The position numbers were made by a program, and so were the translations under genes. Positions 42,638 through 52,820 of a stretch of DNA of 64,000 bases are shown here, piece by piece. The notes under the pieces are model-generated. The model searched no databases and was not told the DNA's origin. It saw only the letters and a program-made list of their open reading frames with translations. The number at the start of each line of letters is the position of its first letter. The stretch's first letter is position 1. The stretch spans positions 7,287-71,286 of the forward strand of contig DJXP01000019.1 of assembly GCA_002449785.1 (NCBI GenBank), read 5' to 3'. The stretch is from Clostridiales bacterium UBA7001. GTDB taxonomy: Bacteria; Bacillota; Clostridia; TANB77; CAG-508.

Positions 42638-44791
42638 GTGGAAAAAATATTTAAAAAAATAGCTGAAGAGTTAAAAATTAGAGATTCACAAGTTGAGGCA
42701 ACGGTAAAGTTAATAGATGAAGGAAATACAATTCCATTTATTGCACGTTATAGAAAAGAAGTAACAGGAAATTTAAGTGATGAAACATTAAGAGATTTAG
42801 GGGAAAGATTAACTTATTTAAGAAACTTAGAAAAAAGAAAAGAAGAAATAATAAGATTAATAGATGAGCAAGGAAAACTTACTGATGAACTTACAATAAA
42901 AATTGCTGGAACAATGGTTCTTTCGGAATTAGAAGATATTTATAGACCATATAAACCTAAAAAGAGAACAAGAGCAACTATTGCTAAAGAAAAAGGATTA
43001 GAGCCACTAGCCAATATTATATATTTACAAATGGAAAAAAGACCAATTATTGAAATTGCTAAAGAATTTATTAATGAAGAAAAAGATGTAAAAACAGAAG
43101 AAGATGCTATTGCAGGAGCACTAGATATTATTGCTGAAAACATTGCAGATGATGCAGATTATAGAAAAAGAATTAAATCATATTGTTTTAGAGAAGCTGT
43201 AATTACAAGTAAAGCTTCTAAAGAAGAAAAATCTCCATATGAAATGTATTATGATTTTAAAGAACCAATATTAAGAATACCAAGTCATAGGATTCTAGCT
43301 ATTAATAGAGGTGAAAAAGAAGAATTTTTAAAAGTAAAAGTTGAAAAACCAGAAGATAAAATATTAGACTATTTAAGAAAGCAAATTATTCAAGATAATA
43401 AAAGTCAGTTTAATGAGTTATTATCAAATGCAATTGAAGATTCTTATAAAAGATTAATTGAGCCTTCAATTGAAAGAGAAATAAGATCAGATTTAACAGA
43501 AAGATCTGAAGAAAAAGCAATAAAGGTATTTGGAAAAAATGCTAAACAATTATTACTTCAACCACCTATAAAAGATATGACAGTTATGGGATTTGACCCT
43601 GCATATAGAACAGGATGTAAAATTGCTGTAATCGATAAAACTGGGAAATTATTAGATACTGTTACAGTATATCCAACTGAGCCTCAAAATGATGTAGAGG
43701 GAGCAAAGAAAACATTAAAAGCATTAATTGAAAAATATAATGTTAATATGATTGCAATAGGAAACGGAACTGCTTCAAGAGAATCTGAAAACTTTGTATC
43801 AAATATGATAAAAGAAATAGATAAAGAGATTTATTATGCAATAGTTAGTGAAGCAGGAGCATCTGTGTATTCTGCATCAAAACTTGCAACAGAAGAGTAT
43901 CCAGATATAAATGTTTCTTTAAGAGGAGCAATTTCAATTGCAAGAAGACTTCAAGATCCACTTTCAGAACTTGTAAAAATAGACCCAAAAGCAATAGGAG
44001 TTGGTCAATATCAACATGATGTAAATCAAAAGAAACTATCTGAAAGCTTAACTGGTGTTGTAGAAGATGCGGTAAACTCTGTTGGCGTTGATGTAAATAC
44101 AGCAACTCCATCACTTTTATCATATGTGTCTGGAATAAATGGAACAATTGCTAAAAATATTGTTAAATATAGAGATGAACATGGAGAACTAAAATCTAGA
44201 AAAGAACTTTTAAAAGTTCCAAAACTTGGACCTGCAGCTTTTGAACAATGTGCAGGATTTATAAGAATATTTAACGGAAAAAATCCTCTAGAAGTAACAG
44301 CTGTTCACCCAGAAAGCTATGAAGTTGCTGAAAAGTTATTAACAAAACTTGGATATTCTGTGGAAAGTTTAACTAAAAAAGAAGAATTATCAAATTTAAG
44401 AAAAGATTTGGCAAAAGTTGATATTGTAAAAATGTCTGATGAGCTTGGCGTAGGGGGACTTACACTTAAAGATATTATTGATGAGCTTTCAAAACCAGGA
44501 AGAGACCCTAGAGAAGAAATGCCAAAACCAATTTTAAGAAGTGATGTTTTAAAATTTGAAGATTTAAGAGAAGGAATGGAGCTTACTGGAACAGTTAGAA
44601 ATGTAATAGATTTTGGAGCATTTATTGATATCGGTGTTAAACATGATGGCTTAGTACATATTTCTGAAATGGCAGATAGATTTATAAAAAATCCTTCAGA
44701 AGTAGTTTCTGTTGGAGATATTGTAAAAGTTAAAGTTATTGGAATAGATAATGAAAAACAAAAAGTTAGTTTAAGTATGAAAGTGGACTAG
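42638..44791 (+). CDS. tex: Tex-family transcription accessory protein
   Basis: TIPFIARYRKE, DPAYRTGCK, IGVGQYQHDV, C-terminal S1 domain. Confidence 0.95.
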   Translation: MEKIFKKIAEELKIRDSQVEATVKLIDEGNTIPFIARYRKEVTGNLSDETLRDLGERLTYLRNLEKRKEEIIRLIDEQGKLTDELTIKIAGTMVLSELEDIYRPYKPKKRTRATIAKEKGLEPLANIIYLQMEKRPIIEIAKEFINEEKDVKTEEDAIAGALDIIAENIADDADYRKRIKSYCFREAVITSKASKEEKSPYEMYYDFKEPILRIPSHRILAINRGEKEEFLKVKVEKPEDKILDYLRKQIIQDNKSQFNELLSNAIEDSYKRLIEPSIEREIRSDLTERSEEKAIKVFGKNAKQLLLQPPIKDMTVMGFDPAYRTGCKIAVIDKTGKLLDTVTVYPTEPQNDVEGAKKTLKALIEKYNVNMIAIGNGTASRESENFVSNMIKEIDKEIYYAIVSEAGASVYSASKLATEEYPDINVSLRGAISIARRLQDPLSELVKIDPKAIGVGQYQHDVNQKKLSESLTGVVEDAVNSVGVDVNTATPSLLSYVSGINGTIAKNIVKYRDEHGELKSRKELLKVPKLGPAAFEQCAGFIRIFNGKNPLEVTAVHPESYEVAEKLLTKLGYSVESLTKKEELSNLRKDLAKVDIVKMSDELGVGGLTLKDIIDELSKPGRDPREEMPKPILRSDVLKFEDLREGMELTGTVRNVIDFGAFIDIGVKHDGLVHISEMADRFIKNPSEVVSVGDIVKVKVIGIDNEKQKVSLSMKVD

Positions 44792-44839
44792 AGGGACGTT
44801 CCTTAAAGTCCAGATTTTAGGACTATTGGGACACTCTTT
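44788..44839 (+). repeat. REP-like dispersed repeat, copy 1
   Basis: GAGGGACGTTCCTTAAAGTCCAGATTTTAGGACTATTGGGACACTCTTT; an inverted copy lies at 62287-62339. Confidence 0.75.
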
Positions 44840-44929
44840 ATAAATAAAAAACTATAAAGAGTGTTTCTTTTTATTTGACTTTTCTTATAAAAAATGCTAA
44901 TATAATTATATTTTCAGGAGGTGAATACC

Positions 44930-45043
44930 ATTATTTTTATATCACTATTTATTTTTATTCTGTCATTTTTAATAATTAGAAAAGTATTAATTAAATTCTT
45001 ATCAAGTCAAATTAAAAGAAAAATAAAAACTAATAAAAATTAA
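44930..45043 (+). CDS. putative 37-aa membrane peptide
   Basis: Promoter TTGACT-N17-TAATAT with TG extension (44875-44903), RBS AGGAGGTG, ATT start (or GTG 44921): IIFISLFIFILSFLIIRKVLIKFLSSQIKRKIKTNKN*. Confidence 0.5.
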   Translation: MIFISLFIFILSFLIIRKVLIKFLSSQIKRKIKTNKN

Positions 45044-45828
45044 ATTTTTATTAGTTTACCTGGTTCATTTCTACTAGCTACACTAAGCTTAATTTCATTT
45101 ATGTCTGAATTATTATTCATAAGTTCTTCTGCAACTGTTTGGTATGCAAGTTCTGGAAAATTATTTTCTTTACTTAAATGCCCAAGCATAACTTCTTTTA
45201 ATCCTTTTTTCATTAAGACAGATATTGTTTTCCCTGCTGTTTCGTTAGATAAATGCCCAGAAGGACCAGCTATACGTCTTTTTAAATTAAAAGGATATCT
45301 TGAAACTTTTAAGATTTCAGGATCATAGTTTGACTCTAATAGAATAAAAGAACTTTGTTCTAAATTGTCTATAATAAAATTATCCATATGTCCTAAATCT
45401 GTTGCAATACTAAGTTTCTTTTTACCATTATGTATAGTAAATCCACATGGATTAGCAGCATCATGTGGAGTACTAAATGGATGAATAGTTAAGTCATTTA
45501 AAATAAAGTCTTCATCATTAGTAAAATAATTTATATTTTTTTCATCAATTTTTTCTTTTTGTTTTGGCATTGCTTGCCATGTTTCTATGTTAGCATATAC
45601 AGGAATATTATATTTTTTAGATATCATTCCTAAACTTTGCACATGGTCACTATGTTCATGCGTTATAAGTATTGCATTAATATTTTCGATTGAATTATCT
45701 ATTGAATTTAAACCATCACATATTTTTTTGCCACTTACGCCACAATCTACTAAAATTTTTGTGCTTTTTGTGCTAACAAATAAACAATTTCCAGAACTGC
45801 CACTGTATAAGCTACAAAACTCTAACAT
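45040..45828 (-). CDS. MBL-fold metallohydrolase (YycJ/WalJ family)
   Basis: SGSSGNC, THEHSDH, HDA, TDLG, LESNYD, GHLSN. Confidence 0.9.
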   Translation of the reverse strand: MLEFCSLYSGSSGNCLFVSTKSTKILVDCGVSGKKICDGLNSIDNSIENINAILITHEHSDHVQSLGMISKKYNIPVYANIETWQAMPKQKEKIDEKNINYFTNDEDFILNDLTIHPFSTPHDAANPCGFTIHNGKKKLSIATDLGHMDNFIIDNLEQSSFILLESNYDPEILKVSRYPFNLKRRIAGPSGHLSNETAGKTISVLMKKGLKEVMLGHLSKENNFPELAYQTVAEELMNNNSDINEIKLSVASRNEPGKLIKI

Positions 45829-45829
45829 T

Positions 45830-47095
45830 TTATTCCTCAACTATTTTTCTTTCGATTTTTGCTCCAAGTTTTCTGAATTTTTCTTCTATATTTTCATATC
45901 CACGATCTATATGATTTAGGTTATATATTTCAGTTTTTCCTTTTGCTACAATTCCTGCGATAATAAGTGCTGCACCTGCTCTTAAATCTGTGGCGTAAAC
46001 TGGGGCTGCAACTAATTCATTTACACCTTCAAATACAGCAGTTTTTCCTTGAGCATTAATTTTTGCACCCATTTTGTTTAATTCAACTGTATATTGGAAT
46101 CTGGATTCCCAAATACTTTCATTTATATAACTTGTTCCTTCAGATATTGATAAAAGTACACCCATTTGTGCTTGTAGGTCTGTAGGAAATCCTGGATATG
46201 GTAATGTTTTTATATTTGCTTTATGTGTTCTTTTTGAATACCAAACTCTTAAATGATCTCCGTTAGCATCTACATTACCACCAACCTCTTCAATTTTTGC
46301 TATAATAGATTCTAAGTGTTTTGTAATACAATTTTTTACTATAATATCACCTTTAGAGGCAACTGCTGCAATCATAAATGTTCCAGCTTCTATTTGGTCT
46401 GGAACAACTGAATATGTAGCTCCACCTTTTAATTCTTTTACACCATTAATTTTTATTATATCTGTTCCTGCACCTCTTATATCTGCTCCCATAGTATTTA
46501 AAAAGTTTGCAACATCAACAATATGTGGCTCTTTAGCAGCATTATCAATTACTGTAGTTCCTTCTGCTAAAACTGATGCTATCATTGCATTTATTGTAGC
46601 ACCAACAGAAACAACATCCATATATATAGATGCGCCTTTTAATTTTTTTGCTTTTGCTGTAATATTTCCATTAGAAACATCAACTGTAGCTCCTAATGCT
46701 TCGAAACTTTTAATATGTTGGTCAATAGGTCTTGGACCTAAATTACATCCACCAGGCACTCCTATTTGTGCTGATTTACATCTTCCAAGTAATGCTCCAA
46801 GTAAATAATAAGAAGCTCTGAATTTTCTTGTAGTTTCTATTGGAACATTATTTGCATTTATATCTCTTGTATCTATTGTTATTTCATGTTCTGTATGCCA
46901 TGTTATTTTTGCCCCAAGGCTTTCTAATATTTCACAATATAATTTTACATCACTTATATTAGGTAAGTTTTCTATTGTACAAATTCCATTTATTAATAAA
47001 GTTGCTGGTATTATTGCAACTGCAGCGTTTTTAGCACCACTAATAACTACTTCACCCTTTAAAGGTGTTTTACCAGTAATAACTAACTTTTCCAA
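45830..47095 (-). CDS. murA: UDP-N-acetylglucosamine 1-carboxyvinyltransferase
   Basis: SGAKNA, PGGCNLGPRPIDQH, PGFPTD, DLRAGAAL; likely TTG start at 47095. Confidence 0.96.
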   Translation of the reverse strand: MEKLVITGKTPLKGEVVISGAKNAAVAIIPATLLINGICTIENLPNISDVKLYCEILESLGAKITWHTEHEITIDTRDINANNVPIETTRKFRASYYLLGALLGRCKSAQIGVPGGCNLGPRPIDQHIKSFEALGATVDVSNGNITAKAKKLKGASIYMDVVSVGATINAMIASVLAEGTTVIDNAAKEPHIVDVANFLNTMGADIRGAGTDIIKINGVKELKGGATYSVVPDQIEAGTFMIAAVASKGDIIVKNCITKHLESIIAKIEEVGGNVDANGDHLRVWYSKRTHKANIKTLPYPGFPTDLQAQMGVLLSISEGTSYINESIWESRFQYTVELNKMGAKINAQGKTAVFEGVNELVAAPVYATDLRAGAALIIAGIVAKGKTEIYNLNHIDRGYENIEEKFRKLGAKIERKIVEE

Positions 47096-47240
47096 AATGT
47101 ATTCCCCCAATTTATTTTTTTTAGAGCGTAAAATTCTCAATATGGAATATATCACAAAAAAAAAAGAAAGACAATATGTTTAATTAAAAAATTAGTTTCT
47201 TGTATATTTTGAAGTTACAATTCATACCAATTAACTAGTC

Positions 47241-47882
47241 TTAAGTATATCTTAAAGGCCGTGAATTGTAACATTTAGAAATTAATTCTACTATTTTAAA
47301 TTTTATTTTAATATCCTCATTACCTTTAGAAATTAGAATATATTCATCATCTGTTAAGTTGTTTTTTAGATATTCTTGAGATTCTTCATCTATAACTCCA
47401 GAAGAAACATCTGTAAAGCAAAGTGGTGGATATAAAGAGCACCACCAATTTTTTCCCTTTGCATCTCCAATATTTATTTTAAGAGCGTCATAATATCCAG
47501 ATGGAAGAGATATATTTCCATAATATTTTGTTGGAAAATAATAGTTTCCTATTTCTAAATTGCAAGAATATTTGAAGCCATTATCTCTAATAGTTTCTTC
47601 TACAGTTCTTTTTAAATTATTCAAATTTTCTTCAGTTATATTAATTGCTTGTTCTTTTGATAAATTATTATAATTTAAAGTATTCATATATGAAATTACA
47701 GCATCTCTAATTTTTAGTTTTAATTCCTGATCTTCTTTACTATTGCTATTTGCTATAATATGAAGTCTAAAAAAATTATCTGATAAATCACTTGAAACTG
47801 AACTTGCATAAGAAACAAAAGTGACAAATAAAAATAAAAAAAATAATAAAAAAAGTATAAAAATAGACTTGATTTTTTGCAT
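47241..47882 (-). CDS. spoIIR: stage II sporulation protein R
   Basis: RLHIIANSNS..DQELKLKIRD, FPTKYYG, GKNWWCSLYPPLCF. Confidence 0.93.
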   Translation of the reverse strand: MQKIKSIFILFLLFFLFLFVTFVSYASSVSSDLSDNFFRLHIIANSNSKEDQELKLKIRDAVISYMNTLNYNNLSKEQAINITEENLNNLKRTVEETIRDNGFKYSCNLEIGNYYFPTKYYGNISLPSGYYDALKINIGDAKGKNWWCSLYPPLCFTDVSSGVIDEESQEYLKNNLTDDEYILISKGNEDIKIKFKIVELISKCYNSRPLRYT

Positions 47883-47985
47883 TATATTAACTCCTTTAAA
47901 GAATTTAATTACAAGAAAAATAAGTAACTAATATAGTAAGTATTTGCAGTAAAAGGAAAATTATGCAAAATTTTTTTTATAATTG

Positions 47986-47992
47986 TGTCGAA
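47986..47992 (+). promoter_or_regulatory. Spo0A box
   Basis: TGTCGAA in the divergent intergenic region between spoIIR and the 156-aa gene. Confidence 0.45.
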
Positions 47993-48072
47993 AAAGGTGG
48001 TACGAATTTAATTGCCATGTTGTAACACAAATGATAAAATTGTAACAGTTTTGTTATATGGAGGTTTAATTT

Positions 48073-48543
48073 ATGAAAAATCAAAAGATTTGTACTTTTT
48101 TTGTGAGCGAATATCACTTATTAACAATAATTTTGCCATATATAAATAAAACAATAAATGAAGAAAAAGATGTTGCAGTAATATTAGAAAGGGATATTAC
48201 TAAGAGTGTAAAAAAATATTTGAAAATAGTTGAACAATATGATTTTAATGCTGAAAAGCTTTTGAGCTTAGATTGGAAGAAAGAGAGTAAGGAAATTTAC
48301 CAAAGAGATTTATCTAATAGTGAAGTATTTATAATAGGAAGTCAAAAATTTATAAAAAAAATAAACAGTAAATTAAATGTAAAAGTTACAAGTAAAATTA
48401 TAGATTGTTACTATATAAATAAATTAGAAAATATAAATAAAATACCAGAAAATTATGAATATGTTTTGAAAACATATGGTATATGTGACATAAAAAATTC
48501 ACAAAATATACAAGAAAGAAAAACAATAAATTCACATATATAA
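48073..48543 (+). CDS. hypothetical protein
   Basis: 156-aa ORF with GGAGG RBS. Confidence 0.7.
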   Translation: MKNQKICTFFVSEYHLLTIILPYINKTINEEKDVAVILERDITKSVKKYLKIVEQYDFNAEKLLSLDWKKESKEIYQRDLSNSEVFIIGSQKFIKKINSKLNVKVTSKIIDCYYINKLENINKIPENYEYVLKTYGICDIKNSQNIQERKTINSHI

Positions 48544-48736
48544 AATAGTATGTGAATATTAGAATAGTAGTTTTTTTGTCTAAAATACTAGAGTACTAAG
48601 CAAAACTAAAGATTATAAGACTTGACAAAATAAGTTAATATAATAGATGAGTTGACTAAAATTAAAAAATGATATAAGATTAACGAAATATTCTAAATTT
48701 CATTTTATGAATTTATTGAAAGGAGTAAAAAACATA

Positions 48737-51703
48737 ATGAAAGATGAACTTAAAAATGTAAAAGAAACTTTAAAACAATATGGTCAAGAACATTTACTAT
48801 TAAAATATGATGAAATGGATGATAACGGGAAAAAGGAATTGTTAGATCAAATTAATACAATTGATTTTGATTTAATGAAGAATTTATATGAACAAGCCAA
48901 AAAACCTATAGAATATAATAATGTTACTATAGAACCAATAGAGCATGTTGATAAAGCTAAGCTTACTGTAACTGAAAAAGAAATGTATGAAAAAAAGGGT
49001 ATTGAAGCTATAAAATATAATAAGCTTGCTCTTGTTACAATGGCTGGTGGTCAAGGAACAAGACTTGGACATAAAGGACCAAAAGGTACATTTATATTCT
49101 ATCCTGAAAAAAATAAATCAATATTTGAAGCGTTATCAGATACAATAAAAGAAGCTTGGAGAAAATATGATACCGTTATTCCATGGTACTTAATGACAAG
49201 TAGAGAAAATAATGATGCAACGGTTCAATTTTTTGAAGAAAATAACTATTTTGGTTATCCAAAAGAAGCTGTAAAATTCTTTACTCAAGGTGAACTTCCA
49301 ATGGTTGGTTTAGACGGAAAGATTTTACTTGATAAAGATGGTAAAGTTAAAAAAGCTGCAAATGGTCATGGCGGAACACTATTTTCTATGGAAAAATGTG
49401 GCGTTTTAGATGAAATGAAAGCAAATGGAATTGAATGGGTATTTATAAATGGTGTTGATAATGTTTTAGTAAAACCAGTTGACCCATTATTAATAGGTAT
49501 GTCTATTCATAATAAAGTTTTAGGTTCTGTAAAATCAATAGAAAAAATTGACCCAAAAGAAAAAGTTGGTGTATTTTGTAGAAAGAATAAAAAAGTTGGT
49601 GTTGTTGAATATTCAGAAATATCTGATGAAATGGCAAATTTAAGAGATGATGATAGATCACTTGTATATGGAGATGCAAATGCTATTTTCCATTTATATA
49701 ATATAAAAGGTTTAGAAAAAGTAAGTAAATTAAAACTTCCATATCATACTGCACTTAAAAAAGCAGAATATATGGATGAAAACGGAAAGATAATAAAAAG
49801 TGATAAACCAAATGCATATAAATTTGAGATGTTTATATTTGACTCATATGAAATGTTTGATGATGTTGTTGTTTTGAGAGTTAAAAGAGAAGAAGAATTT
49901 GCTCCTATTAAAAATGCTGTTGGACAAGATAGTCCAGAAACAGCTAGAAAACTATATAAAGATTATATAAATAAAGTTGAATATACTAAAAAATATAGAG
50001 ATTGGACTACAAATCCTATATTTGATAGTGAAACTAGACAAGAACTATTAAAAATTGCTGGTGATGAAGAGGAAATTAAAGATAGATTCTATAAAGACTT
50101 AGAATTTGGAACAGCAGGAATGAGAGGAGTTATTGGTAATGGTACAAATAGAATGAATATTTATACTGTTACTAAAGCAACACAAGGCTTAGCAAATTAT
50201 ATTTTAAAAATGGGAACAGAATCTAAAGGTGTTGTTATAGCTTATGATTCAAGAAATATGTCACCTGAATTTAGTAAAGAGACTGCACTTTGCTTAAATG
50301 CTAATGGAATAAAAACATATTTATTTGATTCATTAAGACCAGTTCCAGAACTATCTTTCGCAGTAAGAGAACTTGGATGCACAGCTGGAATAATGATTAC
50401 AGCAAGTCATAATCCACCAGAATATAATGGATATAAAGTATATTGGGATGACGGTGCTCAAATTGTTGCTCCACATGATAAAGGTATTATTGCTGAAGTT
50501 AATAAAGTTAGAGATTATTCATTAATTAGAAAAATATCTATAGAAGAAGCAAAGAAATTAAGACTATATAATGTAATAGGAAAAGCTATGGATAAACTTT
50601 ATTTAAATGCAATTAAGAAACAAGTTTTAAATCCAGAAGTTATAAAAGATGTACAAAAAGATTTAAATATTGTATATACACCTTTACATGGAACAGGAAA
50701 CATACCTGTACAAAGTGTTCTAGAAGATTTGGGATTTTCAAATGTTTTTGTTGTCCCTGAACAAGAACTTCCAAATGGAAGTTTTCCAACAGTAGATTAT
50801 CCTAACCCAGAAGATATTAAAGCATTTGATTTAGCACTTAAACTTGCTAAAAAACAAAATGCAGAGCTTGTTTTAGCTACTGACCCAGATGCAGATAGAT
50901 TAGGAGTTCTTGCTAAAGATTCAAAAACAGGTGAATATAAATCTTTTACTGGAAACATGTCTGGACTTTTAATTGCTGAATATGTATTATCACAAAAGAA
51001 AGAAAAAGGAATACTTCCAAAAAATGGAGCACTAATTACAACAATAGTTTCTTCAAATTTAGCATCAGCTATTGCTAAAGAATATAAAGCTAAGTTTATT
51101 GAAGTATTAACTGGATTTAAATATATAGGAGAGCAAATTAGAAAATTTGAAGAAACAGGTTCAAATGAGTATTTATTTGGTTTTGAGGAAAGTTATGGAT
51201 GTTTAGTAGGAACACATAGCAGAGATAAAGATGCTATTGTAGCAGTAATGCTTTTATGTGAAGCAGCAGCATATTATAAGAAAAAAGGTCTTACATTGTG
51301 GGATCAAATGATTAATATCTATGAAAAATATGGATATTATAAAGAAGGTATTTCTACTATTACACTTAAAGGTGCTGATGGTGCTGAAAAAATGAAAGAG
51401 CTAATGGATAGCATTAGAAACAATCCTCCAAAAGCATTAGGTGGATATAAAGTTACTAAAATAAGAGACTATAAGTCAGGAAAAATTTTAGATGTTAAAA
51501 CAGGAAAAGAAACAGAAACTGGACTTCCAACATCAAATGTAATTTATTTTAATTTAGAAGATGATAGTTGGTGCTGCGTAAGACCTTCTGGAACAGAGCC
51601 AAAAATTAAGTTCTATATGGGTGTTAAAGGAACATCAATGAAGGATTCTGAAAAGAAATTGGAAAAATTACAAGCTGATGTATTAAAATTAAGTGAGAAG
51701 TAA
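48737..51703 (+). CDS. fused UDP-sugar pyrophosphorylase (UAP1/UDPGP family) and phosphoglucomutase-family phosphohexomutase
   Basis: N-half LVTMAGGQGTRLG..GPKG, NGHGG, VDN, KFEMFIFD; C-half FGTAGMRG, TASHNP, DPDADR, FEESYG, RPSGTEPKIK; AAGGAG RBS before ATG 48737. Confidence 0.9.
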   Translation: MKDELKNVKETLKQYGQEHLLLKYDEMDDNGKKELLDQINTIDFDLMKNLYEQAKKPIEYNNVTIEPIEHVDKAKLTVTEKEMYEKKGIEAIKYNKLALVTMAGGQGTRLGHKGPKGTFIFYPEKNKSIFEALSDTIKEAWRKYDTVIPWYLMTSRENNDATVQFFEENNYFGYPKEAVKFFTQGELPMVGLDGKILLDKDGKVKKAANGHGGTLFSMEKCGVLDEMKANGIEWVFINGVDNVLVKPVDPLLIGMSIHNKVLGSVKSIEKIDPKEKVGVFCRKNKKVGVVEYSEISDEMANLRDDDRSLVYGDANAIFHLYNIKGLEKVSKLKLPYHTALKKAEYMDENGKIIKSDKPNAYKFEMFIFDSYEMFDDVVVLRVKREEEFAPIKNAVGQDSPETARKLYKDYINKVEYTKKYRDWTTNPIFDSETRQELLKIAGDEEEIKDRFYKDLEFGTAGMRGVIGNGTNRMNIYTVTKATQGLANYILKMGTESKGVVIAYDSRNMSPEFSKETALCLNANGIKTYLFDSLRPVPELSFAVRELGCTAGIMITASHNPPEYNGYKVYWDDGAQIVAPHDKGIIAEVNKVRDYSLIRKISIEEAKKLRLYNVIGKAMDKLYLNAIKKQVLNPEVIKDVQKDLNIVYTPLHGTGNIPVQSVLEDLGFSNVFVVPEQELPNGSFPTVDYPNPEDIKAFDLALKLAKKQNAELVLATDPDADRLGVLAKDSKTGEYKSFTGNMSGLLIAEYVLSQKKEKGILPKNGALITTIVSSNLASAIAKEYKAKFIEVLTGFKYIGEQIRKFEETGSNEYLFGFEESYGCLVGTHSRDKDAIVAVMLLCEAAAYYKKKGLTLWDQMINIYEKYGYYKEGISTITLKGADGAEKMKELMDSIRNNPPKALGGYKVTKIRDYKSGKILDVKTGKETETGLPTSNVIYFNLEDDSWCCVRPSGTEPKIKFYMGVKGTSMKDSEKKLEKLQADVLKLSEK

Positions 51704-51726
51704 AATAAAAAAATTACAAAAAAGTG

Positions 51727-51755
51727 TTGACAAGTGCAAAAAAATAGTGTAAGAT
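51727..51755 (+). promoter_or_regulatory. promoter of the tRNA operon
   Basis: TTGACA-N17-TAAGAT. Confidence 0.7.
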
Positions 51756-51795
51756 ATAAAGGCAGTTACGAAAGTGACTGCCATACATTTTGTAT

Positions 51796-51871
51796 GGGCT
51801 ATTAGCTCAGGTGGTAGAGCACTTGACTTTTAATCAAGTTGTCCCGCGTTCGAGTCGCGGATAGCTCACCA
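51796..51871 (+). tRNA. tRNA-Lys(TTT)
   Basis: 76-nt cloverleaf, CTTGA CT TTT AA TCAAG, CCA end. Confidence 0.96.
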
Positions 51872-51897
51872 AAGAATATCTTTAAGATATTCTTTAT

Positions 51898-51972
51898 GGC
51901 CCCTTGGTCAAGCGGTTAAGACATCGCCCTTTCACGGCGGAGACATGGGTTCGATTCCCGTAGGGGTCACCA
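51898..51972 (+). tRNA. tRNA-Glu(TTC)
   Basis: 75-nt cloverleaf, CGCC CT TTC AC GGCG, CCA end. Confidence 0.96.
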
Positions 51973-51996
51973 ATTGTACATTACACAATTGAATAT

Positions 51997-52304
<308 letters not shown>

Positions 52305-52305
52305 T

Positions 52306-52349
52306 AAAAGAAGGCTGGTATTTCGATAGGATTTACTAGTCTTTTTTTT
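52306..52349 (+). terminator. tRNA operon terminator
   Basis: AGAAGGCTGGTA...TACTAGTCTTTTTTTT hairpin with T tail. Confidence 0.6.
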
Positions 52350-52398
52350 ATAAAAAGAGAAAAACCGTATTGACCTATAAAACGAAACTGTATAAAAT

Positions 52399-52803
52399 AT
52401 GAATATGAAAAATTGTATAAATTGTAATAAGAAGATACCAAATAGAAATAAGTATTGTTCTATACATTGTCAAAAGGAATTTGAATATAAAAAGTATATT
52501 ATTGACTGGAAAAATGGTATAAAGGACGGATTAAGAGGAGACTATCAAATATCTCAGCATATTAGAAAATATTTGATGGAAAAGTATAATTGCAAGTGCA
52601 GTTTGTGTGGTTGGAGTAAGATTAATGTATATACAAATAATATTCCTCTTGAAATAGACCATATTGATGGAAATTATCAAAATAATAAAGAAAATAATTT
52701 AAGATTGTTATGCCCAAACTGTCATTCTTTAACAGAAACATATAAGGGGGCTAATTTAGACTATGGAAGAAAAATGAGAAAAAAATATTATGAAAAAATG
52801 TAA
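52399..52803 (+). CDS. free-standing HNH endonuclease
   Basis: N-terminal CxxC...YCSxxC, then CSLCG...LEIDHIDGNYQNNKENNLRLLCPNCH; start may be ATG 52405. Confidence 0.9.
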   Translation: MNMKNCINCNKKIPNRNKYCSIHCQKEFEYKKYIIDWKNGIKDGLRGDYQISQHIRKYLMEKYNCKCSLCGWSKINVYTNNIPLEIDHIDGNYQNNKENNLRLLCPNCHSLTETYKGANLDYGRKMRKKYYEKM

Positions 52804-52820
52804 AGAAAGGCCAATGTGTT

